Assembly: GCF_030540645.1 (NCBI RefSeq) | Contig: NZ_JAUNVV010000001.1 | Location: 3,731-67,730, forward strand | DNA from: Arthrobacter sp. | GTDB lineage: Bacteria; Actinomycetota; Actinomycetes; Actinomycetales; Micrococcaceae | DNA length: 64,000 bases | Direction of reading: 5' to 3' | In this document: piece by piece, positions 10,172 to 19,087 of the stretch | Layout: each line of letters opens with the position of its first letter | How positions within the stretch are numbered: the first letter of the stretch is position 1 | Made by a program: the position numbers and the translations under genes | The notes under the pieces: generated by a model | The model's input: only the letters and a program-made list of their open reading frames with translations | What the model was told of the DNA's origin: nothing | The model's database searches: none

Positions 10172-10247
10172 GTGCACTCCTGTGTTTCTCTTTCGTGTGT
10201 GAAGACTCGTTGTTCGGGCCCGTGGGACTTTGAAGCTGCGGGTTCCG

Positions 10248-10682
10248 CTAAGGGGACAAGGCCTCGTTGAGCTTTTCAATGGCCGGAATGGCCAGCTTGA
10301 TGGATTCCAGTTCTTGCGCAGACAAGGACTCGAACGCTTGGGCCATGGTTTGGTTGCGGCGGAGGTTTGCAGCGTCGAGGGCCTGCCTGCCCTTCGTGGT
10401 CAGTCGAACCTCCACCACGCGGGCGTCGGTATTGCTGGGGACCCGTTCAACCAGGCCGGCGGTCGCCAGCTTTGTGACTTGCTCTGTGGCACTGGGGACG
10501 CGAATGCCGGCGTTGCGGGCGATGAGACTGATTCGCTGCGGTGCAGCGGCCAGCATGTTCAAGGTACTGGTTTGGGCTGTGCTCAAGGCGCCGTCGGCGT
10601 CGATGGAACGCACCACGTACAGTGCCTTGCGCAGGATCTCGCGATAGCTGCCAGCCAGTTCCAAATTCTCAATGTTGCTCAT
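10248..10682 (-). CDS. MarR-family transcriptional regulator
   Basis: 144 aa with a winged-HTH core (LTTAQTSTLNMLAAAPQRISLIARNAGIRVPSATEQVTKLATAGLVERV...DARVV). It lies upstream of the MFS gene. Confidence 0.85.
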   Translation of the reverse strand: MSNIENLELAGSYREILRKALYVVRSIDADGALSTAQTSTLNMLAAAPQRISLIARNAGIRVPSATEQVTKLATAGLVERVPSNTDARVVEVRLTTKGRQALDAANLRRNQTMAQAFESLSAQELESIKLAIPAIEKLNEALSP

Positions 10683-10684
10683 AC

Positions 10685-10713
10685 TTAGGTATTCTAATAG
10701 TTAGGTTACCTAA
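10685..10713. promoter_or_regulatory. Candidate MarR operator
   Basis: TTAGGT-T-ACCTAA is a perfect inverted repeat at 10701-10713. An extra TTAGGT half-site lies at 10685-10690, immediately upstream of the marR start codon in an AT-rich patch. Confidence 0.35.
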
Positions 10714-10964
10714 TGGTCAAGCGTGGCAGGCGTGTTGCTGAGCTGCGGTGGCCGGTATTACAGGATGGAAACCGCAGGTGTTACGTGTTCATCATTTTCG
10801 CTGGGCGAGAACATTGCTGCCGTGGCGGATGCAAAACGGGCGGCTTCCCCCGACTCCGGCACCACTGCCAGCTCCCTTGCAGCCGAAACTGGCAGTCTTG
10901 TGTGCGTCTTCTCACGTAGACTGAACACGCCACTTTTAGGCAGCAATAGATTGGGAGCAATTTC

Positions 10965-13754
10965 GTGCCATCACTTCTTGAGCGGGTTCTTCGCACAGGC
11001 GATCGCAAAACGCTTAAACGACTCAATGTCCTTGCCGACGCCATTGATTCGCTGGAAGATTCCTTCCAGACCTTCACCGACGCTGAGTTGCGCGAGGAAA
11101 CGGACAAGCTCAAGCGCCGCCATGAGGATGGCGAGTCTTTGGATGACCTGCTCCCCGAAGCGTTCGCCAACGTGCGTGAGGCGTCCTCACGCACCCTTGG
11201 TCTGCGTCATTTCAGGGTTCAACTCATGGGCGGTGCCGCCCTGCACTTGGGCAATATTGCTGAAATGAAGACCGGTGAAGGAAAGACGCTGGTGGCCACC
11301 GCCCCGGCATACTTGAATGCCCTCACCGGCAAGGGCGTCCACGTGGTCACAGTGAACGACTACCTGGCTCAGTACCAGTCTGAGTTGATGGGACGCGTGT
11401 TCCGTTTTCTGGGGCAGACCAGCGGATGCATCGTTTCAAACCAGGACCCCACGGTTCGCCGTGCCCAGTACGCTGCCGATATTACCTACGGCACAAACAA
11501 TGAGTTTGGTTTCGACTACCTGCGTGACAACATGGCGTGGAGCAAAGACGAGCTGGTCCAGCGTGGACACAGCTTTGCCATTGTGGATGAGGTTGACTCC
11601 ATCCTGATCGATGAGGCCCGTACGCCGTTGATCATTTCCGGCCCGGCTTCCGGGGACACCAACCGCTGGTACGGCGAGTTCGCCAAGGTTGTGCTTCGTC
11701 TGGACATCGAGGAGGACTACGAGGTTGACGAGAAGAAGCGCACCGTAGGTGTTCTCGAAGCCGGCATCGAAAAGGTTGAGGACTACCTCGGCATCACCAA
11801 CCTGTATGAATCTGCCAACACCCCCCTGATCGGTTTCCTGAACAACGCCATCAAGGCCAAGGAACTGTTCAAGCGCGACAAGGACTACGTCATCATGGAT
11901 GGCGAAGTTCTCATTGTTGATGAGCACACCGGCCGCATCCTTGCCGGCCGCCGCTACAACGAAGGCATGCACCAGGCCATTGAAGCCAAGGAGGGTGTGG
12001 ATATCAAGGCTGAGAACCAGACGCTGGCGACTGTGACCTTGCAGAACTACTTCCGCCTGTACGAGAAGCTCTCAGGCATGACCGGTACTGCTGAGACCGA
12101 AGCCTCGGAGTTCATGGGCACCTACTCGCTGGGTGTTGTTCCCATCCCCACGAACAAGCCGATGAGGCGCGTGGACCAGTCGGACCTTGTGTATAAGAAC
12201 GAGGTGGTAAAGTTCGACGCCGTTGTCGCCGACATCGCCGAGCGGCACGAGGCTGGACAGCCGATCCTGGTAGGCACCACGAGTGTCGAGAAGAGCGAAT
12301 ACCTGTCGAAGAAATTGGCGGCAGCAGGTGTCAAGCATGAAGTCCTGAACGCCAAGAACCATGCCAGGGAAGCGGCGATTGTCGCCCAAGCCGGACGCCG
12401 TGGCGCTGTCACCGTGGCCACGAACATGGCCGGTCGCGGTACTGACATCATGCTCGGCGGCAATGCGGAGTTCAACGCCGTGTCGGAACTGGCTGCCCGC
12501 GGCCTGGACCCGGAAGAGACTCCGGAGGAGTACGAGGCAGCATGGCATGACGCTTTTGAAGCTGCCAAGCTGGCCGTGAAAGATGAGCACGAGGCTGTTC
12601 TGGACGCTGGTGGCCTGTATGTACTGGGCACCGAACGCCACGAATCCCGGCGCATCGACAACCAGCTCCGCGGCCGTTCTGGCCGCCAGGGTGACCCCGG
12701 TGAGTCCCGCTTCTACCTGTCGCTGACGGATGACTTGATGCGGTTGTTCAATTCCGGTGCGGCAGAACGGCTGATGTCACGTTCCTCCATGCCGGATGAC
12801 GTGGCGCTGGAATCCAAGCTGGTTTCCAAGGCCATCGCCTCCGCACAAGGCCAGGTTGAGGGCCGCAACGCTGAACAGCGTAAAAACGTCTTGAAGTATG
12901 ACGACGTGCTGAACCGCCAGCGTGAAGCCATCTACAGTGACCGCCGCCGGATTCTGGAAGGTGGCGACCTGCACGAGAAGGTCCAGCACTTCCTCGAAGA
13001 CACCGTCAATGAGATCATCGACGCCTCGTTGGGTACTGATCACGCAGGTGATTGGGATTTCAACACGCTTTGGAACAACCTGCGCACCATCTACCCGGTG
13101 ACAGTGACGGTGGATGAAATTGCAGAGGAAGCCGGAGGCGAGGGCCGCATCACGGCGGAACAGCTAAAGGTCGAGTTGCTCTCCGACGCCCGTGTCGCCT
13201 ACCAGGAGCGGGAAGCAGCCTTGGGATCGGCTACCATGCGGGAGCTGGAAAGGCGCGTGGTGCTCTCGGTAGTGGGGCGCAAGTGGCAAGAACACCTGTA
13301 CGAGATGGACTATCTCAAGGAAGGCATCGGCCTGCGTGCCATGGCCCAGCGCGATCCTTTGGTTGAGTACCAGCGTGAAGGCTACGAGATGTTCCAGGCC
13401 ATGATGGCTGGTATCCGGGAGGAGAGCGTCGGCTTCTTGTTCAACCTTGAAGTACAGGTGGAGAATGCGCCCGAAACCGCCGTTGGGGTGGTGGCTGACG
13501 CCCCCGTCAACCTCATGAAGCGCGTGGACGGCGCACCGACCAGCGATGCCGCGTCCGAGCAGGAACATGAGCATGCTCCGCACATTACGGCGCGTGGACT
13601 GGAAGCGCCGGCGAAACCTGCACAGTTGCAGTTCACAGCACCGGATGCTCAGGGTGATGCAGAGACCCGTGTGGAACGCCGCAGCAGTGGCGGGCTGCCG
13701 CCGTCGGCCAAGAGGCCGGCTGGCAAGAGCACCAAGAAGAAGAAAAAGCGCTAA
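10965..13754 (+). CDS. secA: Preprotein translocase ATPase SecA
   Basis: 929 aa with a GTG start. Motifs [11 protein letters not shown] and [19 protein letters not shown] are present, and the basic C-terminal tail is KKKKKR. Confidence 0.97.
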   Translation: MPSLLERVLRTGDRKTLKRLNVLADAIDSLEDSFQTFTDAELREETDKLKRRHEDGESLDDLLPEAFANVREASSRTLGLRHFRVQLMGGAALHLGNIAEMKTGEGKTLVATAPAYLNALTGKGVHVVTVNDYLAQYQSELMGRVFRFLGQTSGCIVSNQDPTVRRAQYAADITYGTNNEFGFDYLRDNMAWSKDELVQRGHSFAIVDEVDSILIDEARTPLIISGPASGDTNRWYGEFAKVVLRLDIEEDYEVDEKKRTVGVLEAGIEKVEDYLGITNLYESANTPLIGFLNNAIKAKELFKRDKDYVIMDGEVLIVDEHTGRILAGRRYNEGMHQAIEAKEGVDIKAENQTLATVTLQNYFRLYEKLSGMTGTAETEASEFMGTYSLGVVPIPTNKPMRRVDQSDLVYKNEVVKFDAVVADIAERHEAGQPILVGTTSVEKSEYLSKKLAAAGVKHEVLNAKNHAREAAIVAQAGRRGAVTVATNMAGRGTDIMLGGNAEFNAVSELAARGLDPEETPEEYEAAWHDAFEAAKLAVKDEHEAVLDAGGLYVLGTERHESRRIDNQLRGRSGRQGDPGESRFYLSLTDDLMRLFNSGAAERLMSRSSMPDDVALESKLVSKAIASAQGQVEGRNAEQRKNVLKYDDVLNRQREAIYSDRRRILEGGDLHEKVQHFLEDTVNEIIDASLGTDHAGDWDFNTLWNNLRTIYPVTVTVDEIAEEAGGEGRITAEQLKVELLSDARVAYQEREAALGSATMRELERRVVLSVVGRKWQEHLYEMDYLKEGIGLRAMAQRDPLVEYQREGYEMFQAMMAGIREESVGFLFNLEVQVENAPETAVGVVADAPVNLMKRVDGAPTSDAASEQEHEHAPHITARGLEAPAKPAQLQFTAPDAQGDAETRVERRSSGGLPPSAKRPAGKSTKKKKKR

Positions 13755-13913
13755 CTTTTCGCTTGTGGGATGCAGCCCACAACGCCGCCGGTTGCCGAGA
13801 TTGCCAGGGATTGTGTGTTCCACGGCAGGTGCGGAGACCGGCGGCGTTTTCTTTGCTGCCGAAGGTTGCGGTGTCACCGTGCCGCGGATGTTTTTTGTTT
13901 GGGCGCCCCGTGC

Positions 13914-14492
13914 CTACCCAATTTGCAAAGCGGTGACTTTCCACAGGCCCTGGGTGAGTTCAAAGCGTATGGCAATGGCACGGAATCGTGTCTTGTCGGC
14001 AACGACCACGGACGTTTCAAAGATCCCAGGAGCGACAGCGCTGCAGTGCACAGAGTGCACGATGGGCTGGTGTCGCAAAGTATGCACGTTCGCTGCCCCC
14101 GGTGCCTGGCTCTGGCGCCGGGACTGAGCCCGATATGCCTCGGCATGGAGCCTGGCCCGCGTGGTGAGTGCACTCAGGCATCTGGCATCTAGCCAGCGTG
14201 CTAGCTGCTGCACTGACCGGACCCCGCTGAGCACCTCCACGGTTGCCTGCGCCACCTTGCGTGACATCGCTCCCACCACCGCCCGTTCGGCAGCTTCGGG
14301 GTCCAGGGGCTCTACGCTGTTTGCACTGGTTGCAGGTACTCGCTGGTGTGGGGGATTCACGCGTTCGAGCTGGCTGGGCAGCGGTACAACGGTACCCCCG
14401 CCGGGTACTGAATTGATGGGCTCAACGGGCCGAATGTGGGTGACCACAAGACGAGTCGGGGCTCCGATTTGGGGGATGGCCGCTGTTCTCAC
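13914..14492 (-). CDS. Rv3235-family (DUF6459-like) conserved actinobacterial protein
   Basis: 192 aa with the motif VEVLSGVRSVQQLARWL. It sits in the conserved position downstream of secA in actinobacteria. Confidence 0.6.
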   Translation of the reverse strand: MRTAAIPQIGAPTRLVVTHIRPVEPINSVPGGGTVVPLPSQLERVNPPHQRVPATSANSVEPLDPEAAERAVVGAMSRKVAQATVEVLSGVRSVQQLARWLDARCLSALTTRARLHAEAYRAQSRRQSQAPGAANVHTLRHQPIVHSVHCSAVAPGIFETSVVVADKTRFRAIAIRFELTQGLWKVTALQIG

Positions 14493-14572
14493 GAGGTGCT
14501 CCTTTGCGCTGTATGAGATGTTTCAGTTGAAATTTTGGCTGCGTCTTAGGGGTTGGTTGGCAGGCCGGTTGG

Positions 14573-15388
14573 CTAGTAGACAGGCGGTGCCGAAAGTACC
14601 TGCCCGGGAAGGATGAGGTTCGGATCCGGACCAATCGTTGACCGGTTGGCGTTGTACCAGTTCGGCCAGGCCATGGCCACATCGAGATCGCTCGCGTACG
14701 GGCCCAGCGTTGTCGCTACTATGCTCCAGAGGCTGTCGCCACTTCTGACGACGACTTGGCTTTCATCGGGCTGTTCCGCTGCCGGGATGTTCGACCCTGA
14801 TCCTCCAGTCTGGCCATCTTCCGTCGGGATGGGTGGGCGGACTTCGCGGGTCGGTGGGCGGAACATCGGGCCAGGCTCAGTTGCGACCGGGTGTGGGATC
14901 CACTGAGGTTCCACAAGTGTGGAACTTTCAGGTGGACCGGCGTCACCGGTGACACTTGTGGATGCGGTGCTGGCTGGCGATGTTGACACTGTGCCGGCCT
15001 GCCACAGCGGGTCCAAGCCGGGGGGTTCAGCTGCGCCCAGCATGGGAGCGGCGAGTAGGTTCATGCCCAGCACGGCTGCAACGAGGCGTCGCATGAAGGC
15101 CGGTGACCACGCTTCAGTGAGCGCTGTCAGCCGCGGGGCTCCCATTGATCGAGCCGCGGCGCCAAGGCAGGCACAGACCAGGGCCAGCAACCACCAGAAC
15201 AGCAGGGCGATGCCTGCACCAGCACCGGCAACTCCCACCAACTCCGGTAAGTTAAATGATTGCGCGTGCTCGGATCCAACCCCGCTCCGTCGAAGACGCA
15301 GGAGTGAAACACCGCTGTAGACCAGCGAGGCACCAAGTAGGAGGACCGCGGCGGTCATGGCCAGATCTGCATGCATTTGTCGTTTCAT
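14573..15388 (-). CDS. LysM domain-containing membrane protein
   Basis: N-terminal TM helices and a C-terminal LysM (VVVRSGDSLWSIVATTLG...WYNANRSTIGPDPNLILPGQVLSAP). Confidence 0.75.
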   Translation of the reverse strand: MKRQMHADLAMTAAVLLLGASLVYSGVSLLRLRRSGVGSEHAQSFNLPELVGVAGAGAGIALLFWWLLALVCACLGAAARSMGAPRLTALTEAWSPAFMRRLVAAVLGMNLLAAPMLGAAEPPGLDPLWQAGTVSTSPASTASTSVTGDAGPPESSTLVEPQWIPHPVATEPGPMFRPPTREVRPPIPTEDGQTGGSGSNIPAAEQPDESQVVVRSGDSLWSIVATTLGPYASDLDVAMAWPNWYNANRSTIGPDPNLILPGQVLSAPPVY

Positions 15389-15586
15389 CTAGACTCTCCC
15401 TTGAGCTAGTTTGAACCTGTTTGACATCGTTAGATCATCTTGAAGATAGTTTGACCCACTTAGAGTGCTGCTGTCCATAGCTCAGTGAATTTTGTGGACA
15501 GCGCCGTGCTCAGACGCCGGAGTGCATGGTGCAGGTAGCAGCGTGCCTGGTTGACGGCCCTAGCGGCCCACGTCTAGCGTTGCGCC

Positions 15587-16147
15587 ATGCGATGGGAACT
15601 ACTTTTTGGTGACTTGGAGACGCAGATGGAGGCCGTCTCACAGCAGGACCTTGAGCGCCGCATCAATGAACTGGCACGGATTGAAACGTCTCGGTTGACC
15701 CTGGCTGAGGCGTTGCGTGGCGCAATGGATAGCCAGCTGTCCATCATCATGAAAACGGGCACTGTCTTTCACGGGCAGCTTCGCCGGGTGGAAACAGAGT
15801 GGGTATTGCTGGAGGAAGGGAGCCGCTCAGTGCTGTTGCCCGTGGGCATGATCTCGCGTGTGTCGGGATTGGGCATTCAACGGGCCTCCGCACCGTCGAA
15901 AGTCCCCTACACTTTTGCTGCTGCCCTGCGTGTTTTGGCTCGCAATAGATCGATGCTGGTGCTGGAGCTGGACAGTGCACGCCAAGCCACCACGCGGGGG
16001 GTGCTTGACCAAGTGGGTGCAGACTATGTCCAGCTGCTGCAATTGTCCGACGGCGTCAGCCGGGTGCGTGACAACAGCCAAGGCAGCATTGTGGTTCCGA
16101 TGGCTGCCATGGTTTCGCTGGCGTCTGGAGCGGACAACGAGTTCTGA
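15587..16147 (+). CDS. Conserved hypothetical protein with two similar beta-rich halves
   Basis: 186-aa ORF with a coiled N-terminus (QQDLERRINELARIE), followed by two segments that share a G-x-L-x-x-V...V-x-L...(L/V)(L/V)P(V/M)xx(I/M) pattern. Confidence 0.55.
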   Translation: MRWELLFGDLETQMEAVSQQDLERRINELARIETSRLTLAEALRGAMDSQLSIIMKTGTVFHGQLRRVETEWVLLEEGSRSVLLPVGMISRVSGLGIQRASAPSKVPYTFAAALRVLARNRSMLVLELDSARQATTRGVLDQVGADYVQLLQLSDGVSRVRDNSQGSIVVPMAAMVSLASGADNEF

Positions 16148-16223
16148 ACTTGGCCGCAACCGTGCCAGGGGCAGCTGCCTTGGCTAGTAAGAGTTGCGAT
16201 GCGTCGCGAAGTCAACGTGTGCT

Positions 16224-16442
16224 TCAGCTGCCAGGCGTCGAAGCCTCTGCAGCCAACATGGCTCGGGCAGCAGCATGACGGTCATCGATGTACTGTTCAA
16301 ACTTTGCGGCATCCACGCGCCACTGCCCGCGGCCCCCAATTTGGAAGGCTGGCAGTTCTCCACTGTGGACCAGTGCATAACAGGCAGCAGCGGAGATTTG
16401 CAGCTGTTCGGCAACGTCGGCCAATGTCAGGAATCGGGGCAT
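16224..16442 (-). CDS. Small excisionase/MerR-type helix-turn-helix DNA-binding protein
   Basis: 72 aa starting from the ATG at 16442: MPRFLTLADVAEQLQISAAACYALVHSGELPAFQIGGRGQWRVDAAKFEQYI. The longer 211-aa ORF upstream of this start looks non-coding. Confidence 0.75.
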   Translation of the reverse strand: MPRFLTLADVAEQLQISAAACYALVHSGELPAFQIGGRGQWRVDAAKFEQYIDDRHAAARAMLAAEASTPGS

Positions 16443-16665
16443 GAAGTCATTATCCCTCCTTTGACAGCGTTTGACGAGGTTGGATGGAGATATCCACAGG
16501 CCAGGCAAGACTGCTCGTTGTCCACAGAATTCACGAAGATGCGGAAAAGGCCTTTCAACCGGAGCGCATAGACGGTAGAAATGGTAGACGGCGGCAGCTT
16601 GCACCATGGCGGTGCACGCAACCGCCAACACTGGATGCGACGGCGGATCCTTCGATCGATACCGG

Positions 16666-16677
16666 CACCACGTGGTG
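16666..16677. promoter_or_regulatory. Perfect 12-bp palindrome CACCACGTGGTG upstream of the SAF gene
   Basis: Seen directly in the sequence. It ends 25 nt before the ATG at 16703, in the 260-bp divergent region shared with the HTH gene. Confidence 0.25.
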
Positions 16678-16702
16678 GCGTGATTTCCTAGGGGGAGGAA
16701 CC

Positions 16703-17344
16703 ATGGCGATGGACGGACAGGGGCAAGTTCCTCGGCTGCGGAAGCCGTCGTGGAAGGATCCCAGGCTCTTAATCGGCATCTTGTTGGTTCTGGCGTCAGT
16801 GGCGGCAGTCGTGGCCTTGGTGGGAAATGCTGGTAAAACCGTACCCATGTATGTGGCACGCGATGCGCTGGTTGTGGGCCAGAAGATCACTGTCGAGTCC
16901 TTCACCCTCATCGACGTGCAATTAGGGGAAGCCAGTGACAAATACCTTGACCCCGGCGAAGCATTGGCTAAAAATGCGGTTGCCGTGCGGATGGTGCCCA
17001 AGGGTGAAATCGTGCCCCGTTCAAGCATTGGGCGCACCGACGCACTCGATCGCAAGCCAGTTTCTGTCACCCTCGAGGAGTCACTACCGAAGGAAGTTCT
17101 TGTTGGCTCCCACGTTGACGTGTGGGTGTCACTGCCGGATGAGCGCAATGGATTCAAATCCCCGGTCCTCATGTTGCCCGGGGCAGAGGTTGCGGCCGTA
17201 AATGCTGCTGCTTCCTCGCTTGGATCGAGTAGAAATGTGCAGTTGATGGTGCTTGTCACAGATGCACAGATGCCCAAATTCATAGGTGCTGTAGCGAACA
17301 AGGCCAAGGTCTCTGTCGTTTGGAATCCTGGAGCCGCTCCATGA
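16703..17344 (+). CDS. SAF-domain protein (CpaB/RcpC-like)
   Basis: ATG at 16703 is preceded by GGGGGAGG. There is one TM helix (LLIGILLVLASVAAVVALV), then a SAF-like stretch VARDALVVGQKITVESF. Its stop overlaps the next start (ATGA). Confidence 0.7.
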   Translation: MAMDGQGQVPRLRKPSWKDPRLLIGILLVLASVAAVVALVGNAGKTVPMYVARDALVVGQKITVESFTLIDVQLGEASDKYLDPGEALAKNAVAVRMVPKGEIVPRSSIGRTDALDRKPVSVTLEESLPKEVLVGSHVDVWVSLPDERNGFKSPVLMLPGAEVAAVNAAASSLGSSRNVQLMVLVTDAQMPKFIGAVANKAKVSVVWNPGAAP

Positions 17345-19029
17345 TGGCGGTGACTGTTATTGCTGTGGGGGACACTGAAGCGGCAGTCATTGACGAACTG
17401 GCGCAAAAGCAGGGTCGGCTGCGCATTGTGCGGCGCTGCCCGGAACTGGCCGAATTGCTGGCGGCCTGTCAAAGCGGGGTGGCTCAAGTGGCCGTTGTGG
17501 CCCGATTCACCGAAGACCTGACGGCGACACTCATAGACCGACTCACGGCGGTGGGTGTCAGCGTCGTCGCGGTCGCTGATTCGCCCGAGGAGGCGCGGCG
17601 TTTGCGCGGTATTGGTGCCACTGTAGTCACCGCGCATGTCACAACACTTTTGCTGACGGATGTTGTCTGCGAGGCGATTGAGGGCCGTCGCCATCCCAGC
17701 GTATCCGGATATGCCGTCCCAACGGCCGGAACCGATTTCCAGCTCGGCACGCCAGCGATTGCGGACGACGCAGGAGCGTCCTGGCCTTCGGGAAAAGGTA
17801 GCGCAAGTGACGGTGCTGACAATGACGGTGCCAACGGAAGTGTCGCCAGCAGTGATAGCAAGGGGGTAGGCAGACCAGCAGCAAAAAATTCCGCGGCCAG
17901 CTCTCACGCTGCCGGCGTCCCACGTCCCAGCACTCGAACAACTGCTGACCTTGGTGCCCCAAAGAATGTTCAAACCCCAGTTAAACACGACCGCGCGGTG
18001 CCCCATGGAGGTTGGGGTATGAAGATCGCCGACAGTCTCCGCTTCGGCAAGGCCAAGGGCAAGAGCAGGAGCAATAGAGTCCACGACGTGAGCTCGGGTA
18101 AGGGCACAACCCGGATCCAAAGCCGTGACGATGCTCGGGCCAGCGACAGCAGCGGCGGTGGGCCGACGACACCCGGCAGCATCGTCGCCGTGTGGGGCCC
18201 GATCGGTGCGCCGGGAAAGACCACAATGGCCATCAATCTTGCGGCCGAACACGCTGCCGCTGGGCGCCAGGTCATGCTGATCGACGCGGACAGCTACGGT
18301 GCGAGCATCGCCGCTTCTTTGGGGCTGTTGGACGAATCCGCGTCGTTTGCCCAGGCCTGTCGTGCAGCTGATCAAGGAGCATTGACTTTGGCTGCGCTGG
18401 CAAAGATCACCACGAAACTGGTTTTCTCACAGGGATCGTTTTCCCTTCTGACCGGACTGACACGGGCGGACAGATGGCCGGAATTACGGGCAGCTGCCGT
18501 CGAACGGGTTCTGAGGTTGGCACGGGAGATGGCGGAATTGGTTGTGGTGGACTGTGGTTTTGCGCTGGAGAGTGATGAAGAGCTGAGCTACGACACCGTT
18601 GCTCCACGGCGCAACGCAGCCAATTTGGCGGTGCTGTCACAGGCTGATTTGATTTACGCTGTGGGTAACAGTGATCCCGTGGGCATTCCGCGCCTCATCA
18701 AGGGGTTGGGTGAGCTGGCGCAGGTGTGTCCCAGCGCCGAAGTGTGTGTGGTGGCGAACAAAGTGCGTCGCAAAGCGGTGGGTGGTTCCCCTGAGAAGGC
18801 GCTCGCGCAAGCCTGGGATCGTTTCGGGCCGGTGCAGAAAATCAGTCATTTTCTGCCGTGGGATCCGGAACTGACAGACAAAGCCCTGCTGGAGGGCAGG
18901 CTGCTGATGGAGGTTGCTCCCGATGCGCCGCTGCGACGCGCGATTCAAGAGATCACTTGTGCAGCTGACCAACAAAAGCTGAAAGGTGCTGTAGTAAAAG
19001 CCACTGCAAAGCTTGAAGTTCAAGGCTAG
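17341..19029 (+). CDS. CpaE/TadZ/Ssd-like ParA-MinD superfamily ATPase with an N-terminal pseudo-receiver domain
   Basis: The P-loop VWGPIGAPGKTTMAINLA is followed by LIDADSYGASIA. The signature lysine of the deviant Walker A is absent, as in CpaE-type proteins. A long low-complexity linker precedes the ATPase domain. Confidence 0.8.
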   Translation: MMAVTVIAVGDTEAAVIDELAQKQGRLRIVRRCPELAELLAACQSGVAQVAVVARFTEDLTATLIDRLTAVGVSVVAVADSPEEARRLRGIGATVVTAHVTTLLLTDVVCEAIEGRRHPSVSGYAVPTAGTDFQLGTPAIADDAGASWPSGKGSASDGADNDGANGSVASSDSKGVGRPAAKNSAASSHAAGVPRPSTRTTADLGAPKNVQTPVKHDRAVPHGGWGMKIADSLRFGKAKGKSRSNRVHDVSSGKGTTRIQSRDDARASDSSGGGPTTPGSIVAVWGPIGAPGKTTMAINLAAEHAAAGRQVMLIDADSYGASIAASLGLLDESASFAQACRAADQGALTLAALAKITTKLVFSQGSFSLLTGLTRADRWPELRAAAVERVLRLAREMAELVVVDCGFALESDEELSYDTVAPRRNAANLAVLSQADLIYAVGNSDPVGIPRLIKGLGELAQVCPSAEVCVVANKVRRKAVGGSPEKALAQAWDRFGPVQKISHFLPWDPELTDKALLEGRLLMEVAPDAPLRRAIQEITCAADQQKLKGAVVKATAKLEVQG

Positions 19030-19087
19030 GCTCAAGTGGAGGAGCGCAATGAAGCGGTCTTAACTTTCTCACGGAGGCGTTAATTTT

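Noticed and set aside
13763-13782. Hairpin ttgtggg-atgcag-cccacaa after secA as a terminator
   Set aside because: It is a 7-bp stem with no U tract. It is plausible but not distinguishable from chance in a GC-rich sequence.
16224-16442. Excisionase-family HTH as a sign of a prophage or integrative element
   Set aside because: There is no integrase, tRNA attachment site, direct repeat or phage gene nearby. The gene sits in conserved core synteny.
16443-16859. Upstream part of the 211-aa ORF 16224..16859
   Set aside because: Only the last 72 codons resemble a protein (an excisionase-type HTH). The upstream part is P/R/W-rich and overlaps the SAF gene start and its promoter region.
16555-18375. 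606-aa minus-strand ORF
   Set aside because: It is antisense to the SAF and CpaE-like genes. The composition is R/A/G/S/T-rich with no motif, while the sense genes have clear domains and start-stop coupling.
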